The notes: generated from the sequence alone by a model not told the origin. A stretch of 64,000 bases of DNA from Callorhinchus milii (GCF_018977255.1 NW_024704743.1:67086001-67150000), one strand, 5' to 3'. Counted from the stretch's first letter, positions 1 to 15,458 are shown. A program made the numbers and translations.

Positions 1-605
1 TAATCTTCTAAAGCAAAAACATTTCCAAAGCAACCACCATCATGGTGGAGCTCCTCTGAAAGGTTCACTGCTTAATGTGGAACTGAGCTGCATTGACCAG
101 GAAGGAACCATTTAATTCTTGGGTTGTGCTGACTTAGCTGATTTACATCTGAATAGAATTCAATGTGTTATAATTGGCCTCAATTTCCCTGGGGTTTTCT
201 TTGGGGGGTGAGGGTAGAGAGGAGGGAGGCAGTAAAGCAGAGATTATGTTCTTAGAACTAGTGTGCATAGAGGGCAAAGGCAGGATTAGGCTCACCATGA
301 TTGAAGAGCCTCAGGTATTCAGTGTATAGTGAGCACATTTAGCTATTTACATAAAGTAGTGGAAGATGTATGGTGTCCATGGAAGCATACCCCATCTTAA
401 GTCATTGAAGCAGAAAGGAAGGGGGTGACAAATTCCCAGCAGTTTTGAGCACATGGTAATTACAGTAGATAGACCAACATTCTACTTATTCAATTTGGAA
501 TTTGTGCACTCATACCATAAAACATTTTAGCTGAAGCAGGGGAGAAGGAGAGAACATTTTAGAATCATGGAATCCTACAGCACAGAAACATGTCATTCAC
601 GGCAT

Positions 606-1020
606 CAACAACAACAAAATTATGATTGTATAGCAACTTTCATGTTGGGAGGTCGTCCCAAGGCGTTGGACAATCAGCGTTTCAGACCCGAGCTGGGGGT
701 CAGGATCAGGGAGGGTGGAGGGCAGGGTGGGAATGGGGGCAACCGAAGGCATAGTCGAAGGAGAGGGCCTTGAAGGATGCAAGGGAGGTGGTGAGGCTGA
801 TGGACTGCGGGCTGGAGTTCCACAGGATGGGAGCAGAGGTGCAGAAGGCCTGCCTGCCAATGGTGGGGTGGGCGAGGTGGGGACATGAAGCTGGAGACCG
901 GAGCCCGCTAAGCAGAGGGAATGGGCAGGTTGGTGGGGGGTTAGGAGGTTGCAGAGATCAAGGCCAAGGAGGGCTTTGAAAGTGAGGACCAGGAACTTGA
1001 ACTGTATCCTCTGTGTGATC
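606..1020 (-). mobile_element. L2 LINE 3' fragment nested in a CR1 tail remnant
   Basis: ITQRIQFKFLVLTFKAL L2 ORF C-terminal motif and (TTG)n tail. Confidence 0.85.
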
Positions 1021-3386
1021 AAAGCTACACTGGTGTTTCATTTGAACTACCTAGTTTGATGAAACTCTCCTGCTCAATCTCCATGTTCTTTTTTATCCGC
1101 ACCAATGTTTACCTTCAAGTAAAATATCTATTCAGAAGATAGGTTAGGTTCAGTTCAGACAACGAGAAAGCCCTTTGACCCATTTGATCTCATCATTCCA
1201 GAATACCCACCCTAGCATCCTCCCATTACAACACCAAGTTATGAAGATCGTATATGGCACACAAAAATAACAGCACTGAGGCCATTCGAATCATGAAACA
1301 TATTCTGGGGATGGGTGTTCAAGAAGGATGAAATCAAGTGAACCTTCTTCATCCAAACCTCTTGTGATAACTTTGGCTATTTGCCACTATGTTTTCAGAA
1401 TGATAACCATACTAATAAATACACTACACATTTCAGTGTATAATGCAAGAAAGTTCCAAACATGCTGTAAATCTGTAAACGTCCAATGTAATGACAGTTG
1501 CATCACACAAATTGTGCTGCCTCTGTAAAACCATTGTAAACTGCACTGGTGATAGAAAAACAAAATCAACGAAAAACACCTCTTTGAGATGTCTCTTTTC
1601 AAGGTTGAAGCACCTAGCTATCTAATCCTCTTCATAGCTCATCCTTATAATACTAGGGAATTATCTTTATTGCTGTTGTCGAGGATGAGATGTTTCATAA
1701 ACAGACAGACTTTATAAATGAGGTGGGCTGCAGTCATGAGAGTTTAGATCAGCCTACTTGCTGATTTTTCAAATCCTACCCAATAACAGAGCAGTGCATT
1801 CACTTGGACAGAGTGATGTCTTAATTCTAAAATTTATTTTTACCACTAGATTTCCTTCCTTTCCGTCTTTCAACCCATTGTCTCCTATGCACTGTGTCAG
1901 AAACAGCATATAATGGTTTTAACAATTTTGAGTCATGCATACTTGTAGAAAAATAGTTTTCCACAGTTGGTAATAGCCCACCAGCAATACATCAACTAAA
2001 ATGAAGCTGCTTTGTAAAACAACTCCATTGTTCCAGTTGATCCAAAAATGAAGATGCTTCTGCCTGAATCCTGCAGGCCAATTATAACTGAACATGAGAT
2101 TTTTCTCAAAACACTGTTTGCTTCCATTGGAAAATGTAACACAATTTTTAATTCAGAAAGCGCTTTACAAGTCGGAAGGACATCCCAAGACGCTCCAAGA
2201 GGTTTAGAGAGCATCTAATACAGGTCTTCAAGATTCTGAAGAACTTTGAGAAGCAGACAGTGAAAGAGTATGCCCATATATTGGTAAATTGGTAAAGGGC
2301 ATAATCTTAGGCTTGTCATTTCAGAGTTAAGGGAAAAGTTAGGAGCAGCTATTTTCATGAAGAAGATTATAAGAATGCTTTTTCCGAAAATGTAAGAGAA
2401 GTTTGAGGAGAAACCCGTTGGTGATCTCTAACATTGAATGGTTTTGATAGTTATATATATAATATATATATATTTATAGAATGATTTCCACTGGTAAGTG
2501 AGTCAGTCTAGAGAGCAACAATTTAACATAAAATTGGTTTTATGAAACTACTTTTATATGTTATAGCACTACAATTGCTATTTGGAGTTGCTACAAATGA
2601 CAAACCCTGTCTTTGAGAATCCATTGCAAATAAATGTGCATCTCTAGATTATTCAGCACCATTTCTTGCTTTCATAAGCATCAGCAACCAATATTTCTAT
2701 TAAAACATTTGCTCATCTCATCACCCCGCGCTGTAAAGTATACATTTTTTAAAATAATAATCCTTGAAGGACAAAATATAAATGCAAGTTGTTGGTGTAC
2801 ATTAAGCCAGGACGCTGGACTTAAAAAACACAGCTCGATACCGTGATGGAAAGGCGGTAAGGTAGGTATTCTGGAAGGATAAGATCAAATAGACCGAGCC
2901 TTTTTCGTCTGAATTAATCTTGTGAAAAACCTACAATACAGACTTTGCTAAGTATTCCAATAATTTCCTGTAACTAATATCAGCAGTGACCCAAGGTCTA
3001 AAAAATGTTCAACATGCAAATTGTTTTGAATAGTTTTGAGAAGACAAATGTTTAAAAATTGTTACAACTCTGCCTACAGGAGTAAAAATCCATTGATAAT
3101 TTCAACTCACCCAACATAAACCATGTCTGATGAAAAAGTCCCTTTTGAAACAATCAAGTTGTTCAAGTAACCATTCAATTTCATACACGTACACCAACCT
3201 TGTTCAAAAAACTGCAAATAATTCTTAAATAAGGTACCAACTAGTTAAGTAAAGTCACTAATGTATGGAAGTAACCTCAACTGATCAAATAATGTAACTT
3301 AGACTAAATGAGTTTTTTAGGATTGGTTAACTAACATGAACTGCAAATTTTTCCAATTTAGATTAGGATAATTGTTCCTGTTGCTC

Positions 3387-3957
3387 AATACAACAACAAA
3401 ATTACATTTATATACCGCCTTTCACATCAGGAGGACGTCCCAAGGCGCTGGACAGACAGAGTTTCGGACTCGAGCTGGGGGTTGGGGAGGGTGGAGGGTA
3501 GGGTGGCGAAAGCAGTGAGATCGCAAGCATGGTCGAAGAGGAGTGTCTTGAAGGTGGCAAGGGAGGGGTGAGTCGGAAGGACTGCGAGGTGGAGTTCCAG
3601 AAGTTAGGGGCAGAGTGGCAGAAGGCCCACGCGCCTATAGTGGGGCGAGCGAGGCGGGGGACGTGTAGCAGGCTGGAGCCCGTGGAGTGGAGGGAGCAAG
3701 CAGGATGGTTGAGGCTTAGGAGGTCACAGAGGTAGCGGGGAGCAAGACCATGGAGGGCTTTGAAGGTGAGGATTAGGATCTTGAACTGTATCCTGTGTGA
3801 TGGGAAGCCAGTGGAGTCGGGTGAGGATAGGGGTGATAGGGTCGTGGAGCCTGGTGTGGGAGAGGACACGGGCTACAGAGTTCTGCAGCCTGTGGAGGGA
3901 GGAGCTGGGGAGGACGACAAGCAATGAGTTTGCATAGTTGAGCCTCGATGTAATGAA
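3387..3957 (-). mobile_element. L2 LINE 3' fragment
   Basis: RLQNSVARVL..LHWLP..RIQFKILILTFKALHGLAP; stem-loop plus (TTG)n tail. Confidence 0.9.
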
Positions 3958-4797
3958 AAATGAAGGTAAATCAATTAAAATTCAAACAAAACAGTTTTCC
4001 ATCAGTTAAATTTCTTCTCAAATGTTTCAATCTGCACTACAGCTTATTATTCATCAATGTTTCCATCAACTTAGAGGTTCTCTAGAGGTCTGCTATTTCC
4101 CTACACCAATGACCTTTTACGCTTGTAATCCATCCACTCTTTTGCTGATTATTCCAGTTTGCATTCATCTTCCTTCATACAGCATGGCCTCATGACCTTT
4201 ACTCTTCCCAGTTGAATGAATGAAATCACTAATCCTCAATTTCCTCCATGCCCTTCAAAGAGGCAATACAATTCTAGTGTCTTTTAATTCTTCAAAGACA
4301 GTCTAGAGACAGTGCTGCAAGTCTACCCAACAGATATCTCCCCTTAAATCTTTTACGCTCCTCAACATTCTTATCCTATTTTCTATAATTCAAACAGAAT
4401 GCCCACTATTCCATTACAGCATTTTGCTTTAATTAAATTTCAAAATAAACACACAAATTTGTGCAGGATATAAATATTGCTACTATATCCAGGGCGGTTG
4501 CTATTCCAGTACCTTTAGAGTATGCCAGACAAAATTCAGGAAAACCCTTCTCACCTCTGGTTTTCAATCATTTGCTTCTCAGCTGCAGCCCTCGTCTCCA
4601 TTCCTCTGATCTTTCCTCTTTTAGTACTCCTAAAATCCAAATCTACTGTACTATAGAAGCATTCTCCACCCTCCATCTTGCCATTCAAAATCAAGACTCA
4701 TCACGTAATCACCCTAACAGCTTCGGGAATGTAGAAAATGTCATTCTTTCAAAGCTCCTTACCTATCAATCTCACCGTTCTCCTAAAAGCTGAGCTT

Positions 4798-5091
4798 ATA
4801 ATAATGCTTGCTTATGATATAGCACCTTATCACATCTTCAAAACGTATCAAAATGCTTGGCAGAATATCCTGCAAAGTGAATTGACTGTATATTTTGTGC
4901 GTGAAATGCAGTAGCCAATTGCACACAGCAATGTCTCACGAACAGTCGTGGATTGAGTAACAACATTTTACCCCCGGAACAACGATCTGCTTCGGTTCCT
5001 ACTTACTGCTAGATAAACAGAGGCGCATAGAGTAAGAAAACTTACTCTCGCTTGCAAGGTGAGTGCTCTAATCATTAAGCTACAGGACTCC
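4798..5091 (-). mobile_element. tRNA-derived SINE, older long form
   Basis: GGAGTCCTGTAGCT head, TAGCAGTAAGTAGGAACC body, (TTA)n tail. Confidence 0.8.
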
Positions 5092-5924
5092 AGTGTGTAG
5101 ACCGTGCCTTAAATTTGAAGAATGAAACCCAACCAATCAAGTAGGCTATCTGTCTCCATTCTGGTATCTTCCGCACACCAAAATGGGCAATAACTATATT
5201 GATGTTCCCAGCTACTACCCCGCGTGAAGGGCCCTATAAAAATGCAAGTTGTTGTGTTAGAAAGAGGAGACTGTAGCATAGGAGCAGAAGTTCAGGCTGC
5301 TGGACATACCTGTCAAAATTTAAATCATCCATTTATATCATATCCACAAAACAGAGAATAGCAGTGAAGCTTTTCAAAGGTGTTGGATCATTCCATGTAA
5401 TAGTTACTGGATGGCACACTCAAACGTTCTTTATGTTTACCTATTTAGAACAGCTAAATATCATTCCAGTTTTGAATCCACTGCATTACCCATATAACCA
5501 CTATACATTTTGAGATTCCAATATCCACAAAAAGTTGGCCGAATTTCCTAAGGGATTTAGTATCATCTGCATCAAAAGGTTACCTCCACACAAGCATCTA
5601 CAAAATAAAAATAATACAATTCAGATTGAGGAGGTGGATAAAATAATGGAATATATATCTTTTACAGGAGAAATCTCTACAATAGGAATAGAGGCCTGAG
5701 AACCCAATCACTGTGTAAATTATGTGTGTTTTTTTTTAAAAACACAAGTGACTTCGTGTGCGCATCAACCAGAGATGCTACTGTCAGGAAATGAAATGCC
5801 TTTCCAATTCAGACATAAAGTTAGCAATCCCCAAACTAGGCATCCAGTGAGTCAGACACACAATTAAAAACTCTCAACTTTCCCCCAGCAATGTGTGCCA
5901 TAACGCCAACCTCAAATAACCCCT

Positions 5925-6190
5925 TTGCTGTTCACACCTTCCCTCAGCTGACACAAATGGTCTGCTACATGTCCCTCATCCCCTACGCTTCATAATGGAT
6001 GGCTGTGCCTTCAGCCACTATACCCCTCCATCTTGCCCCCTCTTTGCCAGTCTACAAATCACATCTAAAGACTTTGCTCTTCGACCGTGCCTTCCCTCCC
6101 GCTTTCCGGCTCAGCATCAAACCCACCGCTGTTAAACACTCTGAGACACTACCCATGTGAAGGGCTCTATATAAATACAAGATGTTGTTA
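5925..6190 (+). mobile_element. L2 3' tail fragment
   Basis: LKTLLF-type end and gggctctatataaatacaagatgttgtt tail. Confidence 0.7.
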
Positions 6191-7301
6191 CTGTACCAGC
6201 TTGACATTTTCAATCTTCCACACCAGCTATTTGGCCTCTCTGAGTACAAATATAAATTTGTGTCAAACTGACATTTACCTCAATAGTTTAGGACCCCTTG
6301 TAATTTATTGGGATCTTCCACTCATTTCACACTTTCACAGGGAGTACACTTTCATTCCACCAGTCTAAAATGGGATTGCATATTAGAATGTCAGTGTTTT
6401 AGTCCACTGCATTACATAATCCCAACAACTAGAGCTTTAGTAACTAAAGCTTACTGGTCAAGCAAAATCAAAATGCATTGTCTAAAATGAGAACTAGTCT
6501 CCCTAGGACATTTGGAACATCAATTTTGTGTAGTGAGTGCTTTCAGATTTTGAGTACCACCAAGTCCATGGCAGCATTAGCAAACAAAACGACTTCTGCT
6601 GGCATATATGTTCAGTATTTGGATGTATACACCAGAAGTAACTTTAGTTGCTGAAACTAGTTTGGGCAGTCTCAATAAGATTAACTCATACCAAGCTCGG
6701 CTGCATTAGCACTGATTGACAATCTCATTCAGATGCCACAAAGAGGTCGGTATAGAAAATGAAAACATGTTTGTGGTGCTGTTAAAACGATGTTCCTCTA
6801 AGGTTATGGGATCAAGGCAGAGTGGAAAAGAAGTGTCTAACCCATAATTTGATGTTAGAAGTGGTATCTAAATGGGACGTATTCCACCCCTAACCTTGAA
6901 GAGCATAAATATTCCCGAGATTATTAGAACCTCCTTTACAATATTCAGTTCTTAATTTCAAAACACTTTTCATTGAATTAAAAACAAACCTAACATGCCA
7001 AGTTCACATCAGTCAGGGAGATATCTTCAACTAAAAGAATAATATTATTACACTGAACACTGTATCCTTACACTGTTTCATACTGAGTTTAAATTGCAAT
7101 TAGGATGAAATAAAATGAATTAGATTTTAAAATTTTCGGCAGTATTTTACTCCTAAAATATTAAGTTACATAAACGTTTCTCCAATTCTTCAAGGTATTT
7201 TAAGGCACACTATCTCAAGGCATTCTATAGCTGCCTACCTATTTGCAGCCCCCTGGAAAATAAAATCTGTAAGATGTAAAGCCAATAATCAATGAGGATC
7301 A

Positions 7302-7607
<306 letters not shown>

Positions 7608-8203
7608 CTGTAACAAAAATACATTAACTTTAAAAATAAGGAAAACATTAGAATCATTGCAGAAAGATACATTTGAACAATGCGATTTCAAGTTCTCTTG
7701 CAAAACAATTTTCTAAATATACTACTGCTGCTACTTAATAATGCCCTGCGTGCAACATTCAGCAGTGTTCTTGAAATAAACGAAAATTATTAAAATAACC
7801 AATTGTTGCCAGGCAGGTGCTAGTTTAAGAACAAAACTAAAGGGTATAGACTAACAAGCTAATCTGGTGTGTGTAGACTGTGAAAGCTGTATATTTGCTA
7901 AGTCAATGCTGTCACATCATTCATTGTTGCTGTTTAATGACATCATATTGCGTCCTTGTGTTGCCAAGCAAAGTGCCTGAGCAGCACACATTTCTTAAAA
8001 TTGACAAATGTTGGGTTATTTAATAAAGCGTGAAGATAGTAAAAGCTACAATGGTGAGTTAGGACTCAGCGTAAAAAAAATCTTGCTTTCGTCGCCATTT
8101 TCTTTGGCTAAAATTCACGACCATTCGCCTTCTCTCTGCCCCATTCAAATCCTCTCCACGTCTCGGGAACGGAATGCATTATGGTCATAATTGAGATATG
8201 TAA

Positions 8204-8572
8204 TAATAATAATCCTTTGCATTTGATATAGCGCCTTGTCACATCTTCAAGACGTCTCAAAGCGCTTCACAAAATATACTGTAAAGTGAATTGTCCTGGC
8301 CTCAACAACCACAACTCACATTTATGTAATGCCCTTCATGCAAGGATAGGGTCCTTGAGTGCTGCACAACTGTGGCATTGGACACCGAGCAAGTGAGAGG
8401 GTGGTGGATGCACTGTTGAAGAGGTAAGTCCTAAAGTGAGATTTAAAGATAGATAAAGAGGGGGCAAGGCAGAGAGATTGAGGTAAGGAGCTTCCAGAGA
8501 TTAGGGGCGTAGTAATGCAGGGCATGGCCACTAATGGTGAGAAGTCGGGGTTGCGCAGCAAGTCTGCCAACA
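8204..8572 (-). mobile_element. SINE tail (8204-8295) adjacent to old L2 3' fragment (8304-8572)
   Basis: Tail motif gcatttgatatagcgcc; SLPQSL.LAPSLSIFKSHFRTYLF. Confidence 0.7.
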
Positions 8573-9017
8573 GAAATTATAGTTGTGCTTTTCATATACC
8601 AAAGAGACCATTAAAATCATTGAAATAGAAGTACATCACTAGAATTCTTACTAGGACTTCTTTGCTGAATTGTGAAAACAGTGAATTATTCCATTAAAAT
8701 AAGAACTTGAACCATTCCATTGGTTCAACTTAACAGTTCTAAAACCTACGTGCAAAGACTGTATAGCTGAAAACTAAATACTGCTGCAGTGAGCTCGGTT
8801 GTGTTTTACTTCCATCTCACATTTTTGTAGCCATTCTTAGGATAGAAAGTAATGGTTATTTCCACCAGCTTTTTACTTTCCAGGACAATGGCTGAAATGC
8901 AAAAGAATTATTATATTTTTCATTATTATCGTCATTATAGATTAGCTCAGTGAAATTATCTAGTAAACAGCATCTAGGTCCCGTCTCACTATAAACCAGG
9001 AAGATAAAGTAATCTTT

Positions 9018-9745
9018 AATAATAATCCTTGTATTTGATGTAGTATCCTACACTGAAGCATCTCAAATTCCTTTACAGAATTTTCCACTAAGTGTAGTGA
9101 TTGTCTATTAATAGGCAAAAGCAGCTGCTAATTTACACATAGCAATATCCCACAAACAGCCACAAAGTGAACGACCATTTATTTTATCTGGAGGATTGTT
9201 AGTCAGCACACTGGGAGAAACTCCCTTCTCTTTTCGAAGGGTGGCATAGGATCCCATCAGAACTAGTCAACAGGACCTTAGTTTGACATCTCATCGGAAG
9301 GAATGAAACATCCAGAATTTATAATGCCTCCAGACATTGCAGGAAGTTTTTTGAAAAAAACATTAATATACAATTATACAGACTGGCAATTAAGCATCCA
9401 CATATTTATTCATATTATTCTCAGACTTTGACAGCATCAGGATCATGCCCCAGACTATCTCACCCTTATCAGTCACTCTCACAGTATGCAACATAGTATA
9501 CAATAATTATTATAATAATAATTCTATAAGTATAATCCTTGCAGTTGATATGCTGTAAAGTGTAGTGACTGTATTTTGTGGGTGAAAAGCAGCAGACAAT
9601 TACAAACAGCAGTGTCCCACAAACAGTCGTGGAGTGAGTGACCAAATTATTATTATTATTTTTTTAAAAAAGGAATTATTACCCCCTGGAGAGCGATACG
9701 CTAATCGACTAACAACTGGGTTCCCACTTACTGCTAGGTAAATGG
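9018..9745 (-). mobile_element. Two degraded SINEs (Deu-type 9018-9302; long tRNA SINE part 9528-9745)
   Basis: Shared tail aataatccttg..tttgat and body motifs matching other copies in the window. Confidence 0.65.
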
Positions 9746-12679
9746 AGGAAAAATACCTGAAGCAACATACTGATGCTGTTGTTAATACGTGGCTGTCAGC
9801 AACAGAGCAGTGCTTTCTGTGGTCAATATATAAACTGACGCCAGTGGGAATTTAAAAACAAAATGTAAAGCTGCAACTTGTAATGCCAGCAAGAGGTTCA
9901 CACACCATAGGATTCACCCCTCCAAAAAAAATGCTTAAGAACCTTGGCAGGCTTGATTGATCGATATTTTCTTTGTATTTCTCTAGAGGGGTCGATGAGG
10001 CTCATTTTCCATTGGCTAATTTCTGCAATTGAGAAGTTTTGAGGCAGGATCCAACTTTAAAAGAAATAAATTCAAAACTAGGAACTAAACTGACCTAAAG
10101 GAAATTATAAATAGAAATTATGCAAACAGCTCAACCCCCTGTACATTCTGTTCACCCTGCAATTACACGATTGCATAGACCCTTCAGAAAAGTGGACAAG
10201 CTACTAGATCAAGTTATAAATAACACTGCTATCTTTGAAGCTCGTCCAATAAAAGTATTCTACTTGGTAATAAAGGCTATTAAACAGTTAAACTATAGCT
10301 TCAATAAAAGAGAAAAACAAGCTGCAACCTTAATTGTGACCCCCTTTCCCTCCCAAAAAAATAAAATCCACAAAAAGATTTGTTAAGAGAAAAGACCAAA
10401 GATGATCCAAAAAGGGATAGTTCTCCTCTGTGAAATTGTGAATCAACAGCTGGGGAAGGTGATGCAACATTTCTGGCTCTAGGGTTTTACAAGAATAATC
10501 TTCCCAAAACATGCATCTCTGTAAAATGCTCCAAGATATTAGTCTAAATGAAGGGCATTATAAAAATGCAAGCTGTTGTGGCTGCCTTAAAACATCTTTA
10601 TCGACATGGAAATGCACATTACGTGCTTAAAAAAAACAAGCTTAATTTTGTGGGTAGATTTAAGATCAGGTTAGAGATGTGTGTCTGTGTAGTTATTAGA
10701 TCAATTCAGTTTTGAGTTTCCCATCTAAACCTGGAATGGGTTCTACCACTTTCAGATTCACCCTTATACACAATTCCTCATGCACAATTGGGTATAAAAT
10801 AATATTGACAGTGATCAATCCTGAGAAAAATGTATAGAACCTTAAATAAAAGTAAATAATCTTTGCATTTTCATGTCAAAGAAGGGAACAAAGATCCCGA
10901 ACACCTTTCAGGGACCCCAAACTAAACATGTGAGTGTCAGTCAAGGATAGGACCAAATTACATTAATAACGTTAATCTGCACACATCTATTGTCATAATA
11001 ATAAGCCTTGCATTTGATATAGCGCCTTATCACGTCTTCGAGACATCTCAAAGCGCTTCACAGGATACACTGCAAAGTGAATTGATTGTATATTTTGTGA
11101 GCATATACCTCGAAAAGTGAAGTTGGACTAAGTGCTTGCGAGATACCATCACAAAATACTGTTGTGCCCGTGAACAAGGTATCTAAAGAGCTTTGTGTCT
11201 GGCTACTAATAACCTTGTGTCCACATTGTACAGTTTAACATTAGATATATACTGTAGAAATGACAGGTAGAGAGAGAGAAAGAGAAATAGATAAGGAAAA
11301 AAATGTCAGTAAAAGAAAAAATGTTAGTGAGAGTCGGACAGAAATTGGCAGAGTGAGATAGAAAAGAGATGCTATAATGTAGTACTTATACTGATAGTAT
11401 ATTTCCCAATGGAACATTTTTTTTAAATTGGTGCTGTAAGATAATTTGTATTTTGCAGGCTGTCCAATTATCAGAAATACTTGCATATTCATAAAGGGGC
11501 TGGTCCTAATTAGTACTGATAACATGCTCTCTACGATATTGTCTAAGTTGTGATTCACCCTACAATCTAACAGCAAGCTATCATACAAATGTTCATTTTG
11601 TAATGCTGGCAGAGATCTGGTGTGACCATTTTCTTTTCACAAACACTGAAAAAAAGCCAGAAGTTTTTTTTAATGTAACTTTAAAAATACATTTTGTTAA
11701 AACGAGCTTGGTTCAAAAGATGACCTCACCCCGCTTCAAGCCCTGATCCGTGTTAATTAGTTGTACAACAGTTTGTGCCCATTTGACAAGTTTTTACCAC
11801 TGAAAACGTTATAATATTAATAACCCTGGTCTATTAATCAGGGTTATTGTCAGTGGAGAATCACGATTGAGTCGAGCAACAGATTTGATTTTTTTTTTAA
11901 ATTACCACAATGCAAAAATTCAGTTTACTCAGCAGTTGTGGAATGCCCGCTGTACCATAAATGTAACTGCAGAAGCTATAAAAAGAGTGCTTTTGTTGCA
12001 AGATTTCCAAAGTACATTATTCCCAGTAGTCCTAGGAACTAAGTTTCCCTGAATATTCCGATATGGAGATAGTGAACCTTGGTGGCTCAGATAATTTGAT
12101 AATTTCATATTTAGTGCATCAGAAATAAGTGACGTTATCCTGCCAAATTTATCTACAAGCAAAAGAATCAGAACTAACTCTATCCTTTTGGACAATTAAT
12201 GTAACGGTCTTTGAACCATAACAAACTTCTCTAAGATCTCATATACTGAATAACTAGCAATAGCTTTATCAATAATAATCCTTGCATTTGATATGGTGTC
12301 TATAAATGCTGAAACGTCTCAAAGCACTTTAGTCAACATCAGATAATTTAGAGTATTACAATTATTTACTAAAATACTTATTTACAGATAATAGATACAA
12401 GTTCTATTTTTAAAAAATCAGGCACAATATTTTTAAAAAAATATTCTGACTAGTAATTGCACTTTTTGCGAGTTTAGGTATTTTCCTCAAACTTTGTGAC
12501 AAAAGATATTAAATGGATCAACATCACTGCTACAATGATTTCCAGAATATACACTGTGATATTAACATCTAACCCACATGAAGCATTTGGGAGCTGCAGT
12601 AGAGTGCTGGTTTGAGGCAAGTAAATATTTTGAAATTTTAGCACTATTACAACCCTGGACAAACATTGTCATTGGAATA

Positions 12680-13250
12680 ACTACATCCTTGGGGTGAGGG
12701 CTGCGCAAGCTCCAAGGTGACATGTTGTCAACAGAAGGTCAGAATCTAGTCAACTCCATGTGGCAGTTTTTCTAGTTTGGTTCCTGAGTCGGGCAGTCTG
12801 CAGTATTCCAGGGAACTTTTGATCACACACCAGCCAGGCTGAGGCTGGCCTATTGGCAGCACTTGGAGGAATAGACTACTACTAGCACTGGGAGCTGCTG
12901 ATAACCCTGCAAGCAAAGTCCTAAATATAGGGTGGTCTCAGCTGCACAGGCAGTGGGAAGTTTGCCAGACGCGCCTCCAGCTTTAGTTGGTTAAACTCTT
13001 TCAGTACCTAAAGTACATTCCGGGGTCCCCAAACCTTCTCTCTTGCCAACCTGTGCCTTCTGCTCTCTGGAATTAGGTAAGCAATGTGCGTCCCTCCAAG
13101 AAGAGAGAGAGTGAACACTCCATCCCGGGAATTCCAGAAACAGGGAAATGTCCATAAGCGGCAGCTGCATGTGGAACTCCCAGTCTGGTTTGAATACTCT
13201 TAAGCACGGGATAGGTTTCCTCACATGTCAGACACCAGGTTGACCATTTA
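12680..13250 (-). mobile_element. Ancient repeat, possibly a Tx1/L1-clade ORF2 C-terminal remnant
   Basis: 13177-13240 is clearly similar to 63580-63645; weak resemblance to the Tx1 zinc-knuckle region. Confidence 0.35.
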
Positions 13251-15040
13251 AAAAATACCACAGACCCACTATTGTTACACTACGTTATAAACAGCAGCAC
13301 CTGGTTTAGATTACGTGTTACCAGGTGTATAACACAAGTAATGCTCAGATGACTTCATACACACCACTTCACTTCCCTGGGTTACGTCATCAAAATATTT
13401 TGATGGCACAAAAAGTGTTTCATGTGCTACACATGATGACATTACCTCAAGGGAAGCATTTGCCTACTTCATGGACGAGGTCACAATTAATGGGGCAAAG
13501 CACTGGGGGAAAAAAAACTTAATTGATGTCACCAGAACCAAACATCAATCCAAATTTTATTTAAAATTTTCAATTTACATTCCAACTTGTCTTACAAGTA
13601 AAGCACAAATACGTGAGAAACCTTGGCTCTGATCCATCCCATTCACAACTTCATTGCGCGTGATTTTTCAGGTCAGCCTGCTCCCATGGTTGCTTATCAT
13701 GTATTGTAGTTATATAAATTACAAGAGCAGATTAAAGCATAGTACTACCTCTGTCTTCCAATGTGAATTCATAAATCTGATTTGTACTTGGAAACTGTTT
13801 CTTGTCTGAATTATCAACACCATATGGAGTAATGGCAAAAGAGCAAGCAGCCTTTATAATATAAGCGAACATGTTAAAAATAAAAAAGTGTGCTGCAAAA
13901 TATCCTTTTCCGTGTTAGATAAAGTCACAAGGAAAAATCTCACAGGATACAAAGATAGAGCTCCAATATGCATACTCCACAATACACTGCGTACTATAAG
14001 AAATGAAGCACTGTGTTGTGTAAAACTGTGTTGACAACATTGGAACAGTCTCGGAACACAGTAGTTATCGAGTCCAACAGAGTGAAGAAACCAATCAGGA
14101 ACAACAATCAAAAAAGATAGTAAAATTACATAATCATACTTGTTTATGAAATATCTGAATCCTTTAGAATACATTTGCCGACCATTCTTCCTACTTAGAC
14201 CATGCATATTTTGACAATTTGTGGTGCGATTATTTCACTTTTTCCTATACTACATCCTGTATTCAAGATCCTGCTGTTTTCACAGGAAAGGAGCCCGGTG
14301 TGCTGTGGCACATTCCAGGATGCATTAGTAACTGCTGACCTACCCAATTTTTTTATTTTAAAAAACTCTTGAGCTGCTCAGCCTTAACATGCAAACCCTT
14401 AACGTAACCTGACACCACAGCACAACATGCTATTGCACCAGTTAGCACAAATAGCAAAAATAAATCCAGTAAACTTTCAGTGCTTACTAATCAAACCTAC
14501 AAATGCAAGAAGGGTTTTGAACACTGATCTGAGGCTTCACAGTCCAAAGTCCAATACTGTACTCGAAAGATTATCAATTATCTGCTACCAGGTACAATTT
14601 TCAATGAGGCATCTCACCAAAAAATGGAGAAAAAGGGGATAAACTCATAGAATTAAACATGATTCACAACAAATATGTTACCTCTCACTATTGTGAAAAT
14701 GAGAAGAATTATAAATACAGTAGTCATTCAACCTGAGGAGAACAAGTTGGCAGATCATTAGATCCGATATCAAAAGTGCTGAAGTACCAATGTTCAATCT
14801 AAACAACATTTCCAATTCTCACATACAAATGTATCCACCACATTTCTTTTCATTGTTCACATTTTTAGTACATTCACATTTCAAATTTTTATTTTATGAG
14901 ATTGTGAAATTCCTCAATCATACCTTAATTATAAGTAAACAAAATCTTCATTCTTCAGACAGACTCAGATTTTAAATGCAGTAATTTTGGCAAGGAATTT
15001 ATAGCAAAAATGATATCACAACTTGATGTTTATCATTTCA

Positions 15041-15458
15041 AGCCATTCAGGAACCCAGGTGTCTTGTCCGACCCTCAACTGTCTTTTCTCCCCAACGTTC
15101 AAGCCATGACCTGTTCAGTCTTCCCTCACCTCCGTAACATCGTCCGACTCCGCTACTACCTCACCCTCAAGGCCGCTGAAACTTTTCTTCATGTCTTCAT
15201 CACCTCCAGGCTCGACTATGCAAACGCCCTGCTTGGAAGCCTTCCCAACTCCTCCCTCCACAGGCTGCAGATAATCCAGAACTCCAGAGTAGGGCAGGTT
15301 GGGCTGGAGACATGGAGCAGGCTGGAGCCCACTGAACGGAGGGTGAGGGCAGGTTGGTGGGGAGTCAGCAGGTCAGAGGGGGCAAGGCCATGGATGGTCT
15401 TGAAAGTGAGGACGAGGATCTTGAATTCGATCCTCTGAGTGATGGGGAGCCAGTGCAG
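15041..15458. mobile_element. L2 internal fragment with inversion (+ 15041-15285, - 15288-15458)
   Basis: FITSRLDYANALL..RLQIIQNS on +; LHWLPITQRIEFKILVLTFK on -. Confidence 0.85.

Noticed and set aside
3127..3170. Hammerhead-like CTGATGA-AAAAG-TCC-CTTTT-GAAAC
   Set aside because: Stems II and III can be drawn but stem I does not pair; likely chance in AT-rich DNA.
11819..11848. Short inverted repeat aataaccctg..cagggttatt
   Set aside because: Only 10-bp arms with no other support; compatible with chance.
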